Origin: Candidatus Aenigmatarchaeota archaeon | GTDB taxonomy: Archaea > Aenigmatarchaeota > Aenigmatarchaeia > CG10238-14 > SCSR01 | Assembly: GCA_016213525.1 (NCBI GenBank) | Contig: JACRAE010000005.1 | Span: 17,405 to 81,404 of the forward strand | Length of the DNA stretch: 64,000 nt | Reading direction: 5' to 3' | Shown here: positions 35,921 to 45,236 of the stretch, piece after piece | Layout of the letters: the number at the start of each line of letters is the position of its first letter | Position numbering within the stretch: the stretch's first letter is position 1 | Made by a program: the position numbers and the translations under genes | Notes under the pieces: generated by a model | What the model saw: the letters and a program-made list of their open reading frames with translations, nothing else | What the model was told of the DNA's origin: nothing | Databases searched by the model: none

Positions 35921-36472
35921 TCAGATGCCCAGCATGCCCTCTGGGCCCCACGTCCTCTCCTTGACGCCGAGCTTCTCGTTGCAGTATCTGGCCATGATGA
36001 ACAGGAGGTCGGACAGCCTGTTGACGTACCTCAATATCTCCGGGTTCACGTACTCGCTCTTGGAGAGGGACACTAGCCTCCTCTCGGCCCTCCGTGCAAC
36101 CGTCCTTGCAACATGCAGGGCAGAGGACACGTTGCTGCCCCCGGGAAGGACGAACTTTCTTATGGGAGTCAGATGGGACTCGACATCGTCCGACGACTTC
36201 TCCAGCCACAGTACGTCGTCTGCCTTGATTCTGGACTCGCTGCCCTTCGCTGTCACGGTGGCGAGCTCGGCTCCGATTGAGAAGAGGTCGTTCTGCACCC
36301 TGTCTAAAATTACGTTTACCTTCTCCTGGGTGGAAACGGACTGGGCCATTCCAATGAAGCTGCTAAGCTCGTCTATCGTGCCGTAAGCCTCGACGCGCGG
36401 GTCGTTCTTCGAGACGGCACCTCCCACGAGAGAAGTCTCGCCCTTGTCACCGTTGTGGACCTTCTTCATCAT
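35921..36472 (-). CDS. ATP:cob(I)alamin adenosyltransferase, PduO/MMAB type
   Basis: GDKGETSL, RVEAYGTIDELSSFIG, family-typical 183 aa. Confidence 0.85.
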   Translation of the reverse strand: MMKKVHNGDKGETSLVGGAVSKNDPRVEAYGTIDELSSFIGMAQSVSTQEKVNVILDRVQNDLFSIGAELATVTAKGSESRIKADDVLWLEKSSDDVESHLTPIRKFVLPGGSNVSSALHVARTVARRAERRLVSLSKSEYVNPEILRYVNRLSDLLFIMARYCNEKLGVKERTWGPEGMLGI

Positions 36473-36509
36473 TGTATATTGAGCCGGTAGAAATAAATTC
36501 GAGTCCGAA

Positions 36510-37538
36510 TCACTCGCCGTTCGTCTTCTTCTCGACCTCTTCCTCTATGCCGAGCTTTTCGATGAGTTCCTTGTACCTGTTCCTTATGGTGACCTCCGTG
36601 ACCCCGACTATGTCAGCTACTTCCCTCTGGGTTCTCTTCTCTCCTATGAGGACGGTCGCGATGTAGATCGCGGCAGCAGCGACGCCGGTCGGCCCCTTGC
36701 CGCTCGTGACGTCGTACTTCTCCGCCTTCTTCAAAATCTCGACGGACTTAGCCTGGACCTTGTCCGACAGACCGAGCATGGAGCAGAACCTCGGTATGAA
36801 CGTAACGGGGTTCGCGGGCAGTATCCTCACGTGGAGCTCCCTCGCGATGTACCTGTACGTCCTTCCAATCTCCCTCTTCTCCACACCAGATGCCTCGGAT
36901 ATCTCGTCAAGCGTCCTAGGCGAGTCGAACTCGCGCGACACGGCGTACGTCAGGGCGGCCACCACAGACTCGATGGACCTTCCCCTGACGAGGCCCTTGT
37001 TCACGGCCTCCTCATAATAACGAGCAATCCTCTCGTGGATCGGCCTGGGCAGATTCAGGAACGAGACTATCCTCTGCAGTTCCGAGAGCGCAAACGACAG
37101 GTTCCTGTCCTTGGACTTGATGAGCCTCTTGTGCCATTTGGTGAGCCTGTAGTACTGGGCCCTCTTCCTGGCGTGCACCTTGTATAGCTCGCCGAGCCCC
37201 TTGCCTATCTCGGTCGTCAGACCCTTGTCATGCTTCGTGAAGGTCAGAGGCGCACCGCTCCTGGCCCTCCTCGACATCTGCTCGGAGTCGAATGCCCTCC
37301 ACTCCTGACCCGTATCAATAATATCCTGCTGCATTACTAGGCCGCACTTCGAGCACACCAGCTCACCCCTAGTCGAGTCCTCGGTGAAGTTTGTGTTCTT
37401 GCAGTCCGGGCATATCCTGCCCTTCTTTGCGACGGGCTTCGCCTCTTTGGAGGTCTTCGAGCCCCTCGGGCTCTTCATAACTTTTACGCTTCTCACGCCC
37501 TTCGAGCTCTTTGCGGTCTTTGTTGCCATTTTCATCAC
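36510..37538 (-). CDS. tfb: Transcription initiation factor B (TFIIB homologue) with a Lys-rich N-terminal extension
   Basis: Zn ribbon CPDC..x15..CSKC, B-finger/linker, two cyclin-fold repeats, C-terminal ...VTEVTIRNRYKEL. Confidence 0.92.
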   Translation of the reverse strand: MMKMATKTAKSSKGVRSVKVMKSPRGSKTSKEAKPVAKKGRICPDCKNTNFTEDSTRGELVCSKCGLVMQQDIIDTGQEWRAFDSEQMSRRARSGAPLTFTKHDKGLTTEIGKGLGELYKVHARKRAQYYRLTKWHKRLIKSKDRNLSFALSELQRIVSFLNLPRPIHERIARYYEEAVNKGLVRGRSIESVVAALTYAVSREFDSPRTLDEISEASGVEKREIGRTYRYIARELHVRILPANPVTFIPRFCSMLGLSDKVQAKSVEILKKAEKYDVTSGKGPTGVAAAAIYIATVLIGEKRTQREVADIVGVTEVTIRNRYKELIEKLGIEEEVEKKTNGE

Positions 37539-37733
37539 TGTCTATCGGACGAGAGTCCACAAGACTTAAGAAAGTATGAGCCGATAAGCATTTAAAGCTT
37601 TTCGGGCGGCAGAAAATCTTTCCTTCAAGCAAAGAATCTGTTGGCTGAGGGCCGATTTTCTCGGTCTGTCTCAGTTTCGTCCCCCATCCGGGGGGCAAAA
37701 AAATTATTTAAATGACACTTTCGATATCTTTCT

Positions 37734-37937
37734 ATGGTCAAAGATTTCCCGCTGTCTCCTCTGGAGAAGGTTGCGAGGAAAGCAGGCGCGGAGAGGGTGT
37801 CCGCCTCCGCCTTGAGGGAGATGAGGGTCGCACTTTTGGAGATGTCCGACAAGGTAGCGACGGAGGCCGTGGCGGCATGCCGCCACGCGAAGCGCGTGAC
37901 CGTCAAGAGAGAGGACATAAAGATGGCAGCGAGATGA
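37734..37937 (+). CDS. Archaeal histone (HMf-type histone fold)
   Basis: 67 aa. LPLSPLEKVARKAGAERVS ... AKRVTVKREDIKMA. TATA-like ttatttaaat ~25 nt upstream. Confidence 0.88.
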   Translation: MVKDFPLSPLEKVARKAGAERVSASALREMRVALLEMSDKVATEAVAACRHAKRVTVKREDIKMAAR

Positions 37938-37941
37938 AAAA

Positions 37942-38337
37942 ATGGCAGACAAAACGACAGTGGGGATAAGTCAGCTCAAGGAAGGGAGCTTCGTTATACT
38001 AGACGACGTGCCGTGCCGTGTCGACAAGATAAACATATCGACCTCGGGCAAGCACGGCCACGCCAAGGTGAGGCTGGACGCGAGAGGGCTCCTAGATGGG
38101 GTGACGAAGAGCATAATCAAGCCTTCGCACGACACGGTCAGCGTTCCGATAATCCTGAAGAGGAAGGGCCAGGTCCTAGCGATACTCGGCGACGGCAAGG
38201 CGCAGATAATGGACATGGAGAACTTCGAAGTCCTGGAGATGGAGATACCGGACGACAGGAAGAGCGAGATTGTCCCGGCGGCCGAGATAGAGTACTTTGA
38301 AATTTTGGACATCAAGACGCTGAAGAGGATCAAGTAG
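37942..38337 (+). CDS. eif5a: Translation initiation factor 5A (aIF5A)
   Basis: Hypusination loop STSGKHGHAKV. 131 aa. Confidence 0.92.
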   Translation: MADKTTVGISQLKEGSFVILDDVPCRVDKINISTSGKHGHAKVRLDARGLLDGVTKSIIKPSHDTVSVPIILKRKGQVLAILGDGKAQIMDMENFEVLEMEIPDDRKSEIVPAAEIEYFEILDIKTLKRIK

Positions 38338-39072
38338 ATGAAAGCGGACCTTTCCGTTGCAGAGAAGTTCTCCGTACCAGTTGCGATAGTCATAGTCGCA
38401 GTTGCAGTCTTCGTCTCCGGCACGGCGTCGTTAGCGGGCATGAAAATAATAACCACCAGCGGCACTTCCGACATGAAGGTCGCCCCCGACGAGATGACCA
38501 TATCCTTAGCAGTTGAGAGCGAGGCCGCGACCGCGAAAGAGTCTCAGCAGGAGAACACCGAGGTGTCGAACCTTGTGATGGCGTTCTTGGCGGATAATCT
38601 GCCTCTGAGCGACTTCCAGACCACACAGTTGACTGTCTACCCCATGACGGAATACGACCCCAGGACTGGCGAGGTGACGCGGACTGGATACAAAACTACG
38701 CACGTGATAACTGTGAAGACGTCGCAGATAGATGATGCAGGTAAGATTATAGATGGTGTCATAGACTCTGGGGCAAACAGGATAGACCAAATATCGTTTT
38801 ACTTGAGCGACGAAAGGGAGAGGGAGGTGAGGTCTCAGATGCTAGACGACGCTGCTGCCCAGGCGAGGAGCAAGGCGCAGTCGATAGCCTCCGGATTGGG
38901 TTCGAGGATAGTCGGGGTGAGGAGCGCCAGCGAGTCCTCGTTCTACGCGGCCCCCTTCTATGCTAGGTCTGAGGCTTTGGTGGCGAAGGACGTCCTTGGC
39001 GGATCGACACAGGTCGCGCAGGGAGAAGTCGAGGTGTCTGCTTCCGTGTCGGCCTCTTTCGACATAGCCTAA
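38338..39072 (+). CDS. SIMPL/DUF541-family secreted protein
   Basis: Signal anchor, then MKVAPDEMTISLAVESEAATAKESQ... and family-like C-terminal GEVEVSASVSASFDI. Confidence 0.7.
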   Translation: MKADLSVAEKFSVPVAIVIVAVAVFVSGTASLAGMKIITTSGTSDMKVAPDEMTISLAVESEAATAKESQQENTEVSNLVMAFLADNLPLSDFQTTQLTVYPMTEYDPRTGEVTRTGYKTTHVITVKTSQIDDAGKIIDGVIDSGANRIDQISFYLSDEREREVRSQMLDDAAAQARSKAQSIASGLGSRIVGVRSASESSFYAAPFYARSEALVAKDVLGGSTQVAQGEVEVSASVSASFDIA

Positions 39073-39155
39073 GAAATATCCTGTACCGAGCTATGGGGTG
39101 CCCGAAACGGGCGTCAAAAAGAAAATAAAATAAAATCAAAGAATCGATTGTGTGC

Positions 39156-39425
39156 TTACTTGACCATTCCGCAGTGAGCGGAGCAGCATGCGCACGCCTT
39201 CAACTTCATGACCTTACCGGCACCTATCAACAGTATTCCGACGAAGTAGTAGCCTATCGTCCAGGACAGGCCTGTAGACTCTAAGCTGCCTTGAAGCTGA
39301 AGCTGCGAAACAAATCCTTGTACTACTAGGAAGAGTCCGACCGCCATCACGATGGCAGATACGATCATCCATACAGGATTGCAAGAGCACTTTTCGCCCT
39401 TTTCACTTTTGCCCATTCTTGGCAT
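39156..39425 (-). CDS. Small Cys-rich membrane protein (89 aa)
   Basis: MPRMGKSEKGEKCSCNP..., two TM spans, C-terminal KACACCSAHCG. The longer track ORF would overlap corA and is rejected. Confidence 0.5.
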   Translation of the reverse strand: MPRMGKSEKGEKCSCNPVWMIVSAIVMAVGLFLVVQGFVSQLQLQGSLESTGLSWTIGYYFVGILLIGAGKVMKLKACACCSAHCGMVK

Positions 39426-39516
39426 GAGAATAATTCGGGAACGGCGTATATAAGTTTTCGGAGAGGTTTTGTGAGTTTGTTTTATCTTCAGCCGCGAGAG
39501 ATAGCTATAACATACC

Positions 39517-40476
39517 ATGCTGAAGATAGCCGCCTTCAAGAGGGGCAAGCCCGTAAAGAACATCTCCGTCAAGAAGATACGGGGACTGATGTCCAGAAGC
39601 AGCATGGTGTGGGTTGATGTTGAGAGGGGCAGCCGGAAGGATTTCGATTTCATATCCAAAACGTTCAAATTACACCCCCTCACAGTCGAGGACATGAGGA
39701 ACTCCAACAGCCTACCGAAGATAGACATAGTTGGAAAGGAGTACACGATGGTTATTTTCCACGAGGTCTACTACGACAGGCAGGTGAAGAAGATTCGGAT
39801 GAGCGAGGTCGACTTCTGCATAGGCAAGAACTTCATAATAACAGTTCACCAAGTCGCGTCCGCGAGCATAGAGTCGGTGAGGAGGAAGTTCATGTCGGGA
39901 ATATATCCGGACGTCTCCCCAGACAGGGTGATGCACGGCGTAATGGACTCCGAGGTCGAGGGCTACGTCACGATGATGGACCAGCTAGACTCGGAGATAG
40001 AGCACCTCGAGAACAGGCTGCTGAAGGGCAGGACGGACGGCATACTCGGGATATTGAGCGACCACAGGAGGGAGGTGACGGAGCTGAGGAAGATAGTCGG
40101 CCCCCAGAGGGAGATAATAAGCAAGATATACCACGGAGAGTCGCCGATTGTGTCCGAGGGCATGCTGTTCTATTTCAGGGACATATCCGACAACATGTTC
40201 AGGTTCTATTCCAGCCTGGAGTCCCACAGGGACGCCGTGACCAGCGCGTTCGAGACCTACACGTCCATACAGTCGAACAACATAAACAAGGTGCTGAAGC
40301 AGCTGTCGATAATATCCACGGTCTTCCTGCCGATGTCCTTTGTGGCCGGCATATACGGTACAAACTTCCAGTTCGTGCCGGGCCTGAGCCACAGCTACGG
40401 ATTCTATGTCATGCTGCTCTTGCTGCTGGTCATAGGGACCGGCATGTACACGTACTTCAAGAGAAAGTACAAGTGA
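39517..40476 (+). CDS. corA: CorA-family divalent cation transporter (GTN variant of the GMN motif)
   Basis: 319 aa. Two C-terminal TMs with GIYGTNFQFVPG at the loop. Confidence 0.85.
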   Translation: MLKIAAFKRGKPVKNISVKKIRGLMSRSSMVWVDVERGSRKDFDFISKTFKLHPLTVEDMRNSNSLPKIDIVGKEYTMVIFHEVYYDRQVKKIRMSEVDFCIGKNFIITVHQVASASIESVRRKFMSGIYPDVSPDRVMHGVMDSEVEGYVTMMDQLDSEIEHLENRLLKGRTDGILGILSDHRREVTELRKIVGPQREIISKIYHGESPIVSEGMLFYFRDISDNMFRFYSSLESHRDAVTSAFETYTSIQSNNINKVLKQLSIISTVFLPMSFVAGIYGTNFQFVPGLSHSYGFYVMLLLLLVIGTGMYTYFKRKYK

Positions 40477-40536
40477 AGTCGGGAACCGCGAAAAATGTAG
40501 GGGGGTTTCTAGCGTCCGCGAAGAAGGCGTGAGGGC

Positions 40537-40698
40537 TCACGCGTTCTCTCTAACGCATTTCTGACAGGCTATCACGCCTCTGTTCTCCACAATCTCTCCG
40601 AATATCGTCCTGCATCCGCAGGCGGGGCAAGTTATCTTGTCCGCGGTCAGGCCCGTATTCCTGAGACCGTAGATTATGTTCCTTATTATTCCTTTCAT
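40537..40698 (-). CDS. 53-aa zinc-ribbon micro-protein (not in the ORF track)
   Basis: My translation: MKGIIRNIIYGLRNTGLTADKITCPACGCRTIFGEIVENRGVIACQKCVRENA, with CPAC..x17..CQKC. Confidence 0.45.
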   Translation of the reverse strand: MKGIIRNIIYGLRNTGLTADKITCPACGCRTIFGEIVENRGVIACQKCVRENA

Positions 40699-40847
40699 CA
40701 AATCCCACCATTATCACGTCTTGGTTTCTACGCATTTCAACCCATCGGGTAAAATCACAAAAATCATGCCTCTGTTATATAAAATCGGCATACTTACGTC
40801 CGACAGGAAAATCCAACCTTTCGATTGAATCCTTAGAAAAATTTTGC

Positions 40848-40870
40848 GACACTGTCACAAGATCAAGCTG
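40848..40870 (-). other. 3' half of the pre-23S processing stem
   Basis: gacactgtcacaagatcaagctg is complementary (1 mismatch) to 44390-44412. Confidence 0.75.
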
Positions 40871-41194
40871 TTTGTCAAGGTCTGGTAATCTCGAGCTATT
40901 GGAAATCGCGGGCTGAAATTCTCGCGCGAACGCTTGAACCTTACACCCCAATCCCATCAATCTCGTAGTCTACGAGTGCCCTCGTCCCGACTCTAGCCTT
41001 GCGGCCAGACTCGAGAGTGGCAATCTATTATTTCCGGACGGTTTCGAGCTTAGATGCTTTCAGCTCTTATCCGTGTATGGCTTGGCTGCTCGGCAGTGCC
41101 GATTGACAACCGATACACTAGAGGCCACGGAGGCATGTTCCTTTCGTACTTATGCCTCCTTCCGGTCAGATTGCTTACACCTCTAGTAGATAGC

Positions 41195-41228
<34 letters not shown>

Positions 41229-41341
41229 AGCGTCCCCCTTTAACCAGTGGACACCTGTACCCTTGGCTGCTGCTGCACAGCCAGGAGGGGGGGAGCCGAC
41301 AGCGACGCACCAACGCGCCGGGTCAATATGCCCGTCTTACG

Positions 41342-41455
41342 ACGGTTTATCGAATCCCAATTCGCTGATCGTTTAGTTTAGAGCTTGTAGGCTCTTTTTG
41401 CTATCAGATTCAGAAATATGTGGGAGTGAAAACCACTACTGTGGGCTTTCACCGG
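41342..41455 (-). other. 114-nt insertion in the 23S helix-89-equivalent loop (candidate intron or expansion)
   Basis: Conserved flanks ...GTGGCCGGTGAAAG | insert | GCATATTGACCCGGCGCGTTGG... compared with E. coli CCCAAGAG|UUCAUAUCGAC (~2472/2473). Confidence 0.6.
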
Positions 41456-41618
41456 CCACGGGCCCATTATCCCCGAGGTAGCTTTTCTTAGACCACCGGG
41501 CCCCATTAAGAAGCCTCGATGTATCGCTAACCCATGCTTTCGCAGCTGGATTCCGTACTTTTTAGAATCCAGTCAGCCCAGCTTTTGCGTTTGCACTCTA
41601 CTCCGGATTTCTGTCGGG

Positions 41619-41827
41619 TGATGCAAATCGTTATTAAACATCGCAAAGCGTCCACGAAAATTCTCTTGTACACTCATCAGCTACCTCTGTCTTCATCCTT
41701 TCGAAAGTCAGACTGGAGCGATCTAGTCACTGTGTCATTTCAGTTTCTTTTACGTGGGCAATGCCTCTAAAGCTGTTAGGTTTTTTAGTCCTCATGCTCT
41801 TCGAGGCAAAATGCGACTTGCATCATG
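41619..41827 (-). other. ~209-nt insertion in a domain V hairpin loop of 23S (candidate intron)
   Basis: Flanks ATCCGGGG | insert | CCCGACAGAAATCCGGAG compared with E. coli AUCCUGGUCGGACAUCAGGAG (~2300-2316). The insert termini TGATGCAA / TTGCATCA are perfectly complementary. Confidence 0.65.
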
Positions 41828-42027
41828 CCCCGGATGAGCTGAGCTTTGGGAGCCCTTGATACCTTTTCAAGGGCGTGCCGCCCCAGCCGAACTGCCCATC
41901 TGACGGTGTCCCCTTTTGGGGTGAGCAGTAAAGTTCCCGAATGATGGTGTTACACTTTCCCCTATCCCAAGACCTAAATCTTGGGCATAACGGGTCCCAC
42001 CTACTCTATGAAGCGGAAACTTTACCA

Positions 42028-42064
<37 letters not shown>

Positions 42065-42210
42065 TATCCCACTAGAGGTCTCTGGCTTATTCACCAGAAT
42101 GGCAATTTCACTGGGTACCCGCCCAGGACAGCGGGAAGATTGTTGAGCCATTCAGACGGGCCGTCATTTAAACGGCAAGGGATTACGCTACTTTACGACG
42201 GTCAGAGTTT

Positions 42211-42403
42211 GCGGGGTCCGAAATGAGGGAAACTTTCCATAACGACTTTGAATCGCTTGAAAAATCTCTCGATTTCTTTCTCCAACTCGTAATCCACCCT
42301 ACTGAATGATGCTCCTTGGCTAACCTGTTTAACGCCTCCCAGAAGTAGTTCGTTGGAACTGTGAAAGCAATACTTGCGTACTCGCCTCCCTCACTTCCTG
42401 ACC
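42211..42403 (-). other. ~193-nt insertion in the 23S helix-69-equivalent loop (candidate intron)
   Basis: Flanks GGCGGCGGTAA | insert | CTCTGACCGTCG compared with E. coli GGCGGCCGUAACUAUAACGGUCC. The insert ends pair as GAAGTGAGGGA / TCCCTCATTTC and GGTC / GACC. Confidence 0.7.
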
Positions 42404-44389
42404 TTACCGCCGCCGTTTACCGGGGCTTCGATCGGTTGGAACCGACTTTGACCTACCGGCACTGGGCAGGCTTAAGAGATTGTACTTGTGCTTGCGCATT
42501 GGCAATCTCCATCGTTTTTGTTAAACAGTCACCTTCCCCTTGTCACTGCGACCTGCTTCCCCTTGCGAGGAAACAGGCACTCCTTATACCAAGGATACGG
42601 AGCTAACTTGCTGATTTCCCTAGGCAGGGTTTTCCCAACACACCATGGTCTTTTCAACCAGTCTACCTGTTACGGTTCTCGGTACGGACATATAGGATCC
42701 TTGATTGCCCACTTTTCACGGGCACCTGGAATTCGCAGAACTCCGCATACGCGGGGCTGTTCGTGCATTCCTCCCCTTCTCCTCGTTACAAGACTCCAGG
42801 GACTTCAACACTTAACTTACGTCCACGTGTCCAGATGCGTCGCGAGCAACCCTTGCGTTGCCGCACGTACCCATATGGTATCGGAATATTAACCGATTTC
42901 CCTATCACTAAATCCGGTTAAGGTTTAGTTTAGGACCGACTTACCGCCAGCTGACGAACATTGCTGGCAAACCCTTAGACTTAAGGCGGTGGAGATTCTC
43001 ACTCCACTACGTTGCTACTCATGGCAAGATCTGCATTACCGAACGGTCCACCACTGCTTACGCAGAGGCTTCTGCCCGTACGGTACGCCTCCCTACTACC
43101 CCTTATCAGGGTCTATGGTATCGGTAGTTGACTTAGTCCCTTCCATCTTCAGAACGCACATCCTCGGCAGGTAAGCTATTACGCACTTTTTAACTGATGG
43201 CTGCTTCTGAGCCTACAGTCCTGCTGTCTGAGGATGCACATTTCCTTCTACGTTTAGCCAACATTTTGGGACCTTAACCATAGTTGGGGTTATTTCCCTT
43301 TCGCCAACCGAGTTTAACCCGGTAAGCTCATTCCAGACTTCTACGGCGGTACCAGGTTCGGAGTTTGGCAGCAAAGCTGAACCTTTCGGTCCTTGACTTC
43401 ACAATCAGTAACTCTACCCTGATACCGGCCTCGGTCTAGACTGCACTGACATGCATTTCGGGAGGAACCAGCTATCTCGTGTCTCGTTAGGCTTTTCACC
43501 CCTAATCCCAAATCACACGAGTGATTGGCAGTTCAACAACGCTTCGGCCCTCCACCATACTTTCGTACGGCTTCAGCCTGTTCAGGATTAGATCGACACG
43601 CTTCAGGTCGTAAACCAGCGACTTCACGCCCTTTCAGACGCCGCGCCACATTCAACATTACGCGCTTGTCGCTTTCGCTACGGCTACCTCGCTTAAACGA
43701 GTTAACCTCGCCGCTGATATACACTCCTTGCCCCGTTTTTCAAAACGGACGCTAAAACACTGTAAGCGACACCTCGTACTGCAGCCTCTCGACTGTTTCC
43801 TTCGGGTCGCACCTTCCGTGCCTTAGCTGACTTATACCGACTTGGTTTCAGGTTCTTTTAACCCGGCTCACGCCGTTCTTTTCAGCTTTCCGTCACCGTA
43901 CTATTGCACTATCGGACTTCGTTAGTATTTAGGGTTGGCACTTAATTCTGCCAGATTCACGCTCCGTATCTAGGGAACGTTACTCAGGATACTAGGCATT
44001 ATCCTTTCTCACTTCCTCTACGCGGCTATCACGCTTTAACGCGCGCCTTTCCAGGCGTCTTCGAGTCGCGAGACTGGGATAGACCCTAGTCCTTCAACTC
44101 CACATCCATATCGCATTACTGCGACTGTTCGGTTTGCCCTGCGCCACTTTCACTCGCCGTTACTAATGGCATGCAAATTTGTCTCTTTTCCTGCGGGTAG
44201 TAAGATGCTTCACTTCCCCGCGTTCCCGTACCTCTCGGTACCTACCGAAGTAGAAGATCCTCATTCGGACACCTCGGGGTCGTAGGCTGCATGCGCCTAA
44301 CCCGAGACTATCGCGGCTTGCCGCGTCCTTCTTCGGCTAACGAAGCCAAGCCATCCACCAAGCGGCTGTTATTACCAGACCTCTTTGAC

Positions 44390-44412
44390 CAGCTTGATCC
44401 TGTGACAGTGTC
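44390..44412 (-). other. 5' half of the pre-23S processing stem
   Basis: cagcttgatcctgtgacagtgtc, the partner of 40848-40870. Confidence 0.75.
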
Positions 44413-44693
44413 ATCTTTGTACGGCCTCCTTTAGACAGTTCGCTCCTCATCTTTTGGTCGGAGTCAAATTGCAGTCACTGGCCTATCCACTCTTCAACCC
44501 GCAGCGCAGCAGCTGAGGATTTGCATGTTGGTTGTATCGCGGAGCTAAAAACAGTCCGTAAACCCTCAGCTCAAAAGGTGTCCACCTCTTCAACCACTTT
44601 CGCGTCAGATACGAACACTTGGAATCACAGCTAAGGAAAAAGGACCAATGCAGATTTTATTCTGCCATACCTAAGCACCGTGTCAGAAGTATA

Positions 44694-45176
44694 CTATGAC
44701 GTTAAGGTATATAAACCTTTTTTCAGGCGCCGGATATCGAAAACGACCTCGCTCGCGACGTCCTTGACCCTGGTAATCGCCGGTATCCTGAACATTTCGC
44801 TGCCGGGACCGTAGACCTCACCCTCGAGCTCTTTCCTGCACATCGCCATCATCTCCCTTACGTCCTCCAAGTCGCCTTTGATTGCAGAATCGACCCTGTT
44901 GTCGAATTTCGCGACGTCCAGACCTCTGTACATGGAATCGAGCTTTCCGAGCAGCCTCGAGCTGCGTTCCGCGAGCCTGTAGACCTCTCCCATCTTTTCG
45001 GCGTTTAGGTCGGCTCTGGCCCTCTGGCTCCCGACGAATATCCTCTTCGAGTTGCAGAACAGGTACTCCAGGTCCTCCGTGAATATGTCAAGGTGCTCCA
45101 TTGTGAACTCTCCCCTTCCTCTGCGTCTGGAAAACATGCCATACATCGCGGAGCCCACGCCGGATAGGTAGGACAT
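44694..45176 (-). CDS. Hypothetical protein (160 aa)
   Basis: ORF only. Confidence 0.5.
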   Translation of the reverse strand: MSYLSGVGSAMYGMFSRRRGRGEFTMEHLDIFTEDLEYLFCNSKRIFVGSQRARADLNAEKMGEVYRLAERSSRLLGKLDSMYRGLDVAKFDNRVDSAIKGDLEDVREMMAMCRKELEGEVYGPGSEMFRIPAITRVKDVASEVVFDIRRLKKGLYTLTS

Positions 45177-45236
45177 AATTAAGGCGATGTCGGCGAGGGA
45201 TTTAAGCGTTCGACCCCCACAGAGCGATTTTTATCC

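Noticed and set aside
39426-39746. Upstream part of the 196-aa minus-strand track ORF
   Set aside because: It overlaps the corA 5' region on the opposite strand. The internal start MPRMGKSEK gives a compact two-TM Cys-rich protein.
40550-40735. 61-aa track ORF
   Set aside because: It is featureless and Arg/Asp-rich. The overlapping frame encoding a CPAC...CQKC zinc ribbon is more plausible.
40699-40847. A 5S rRNA gene downstream of the 23S
   Set aside because: The sequence has none of the conserved 5S blocks. The 5S gene is presumably elsewhere in the genome.
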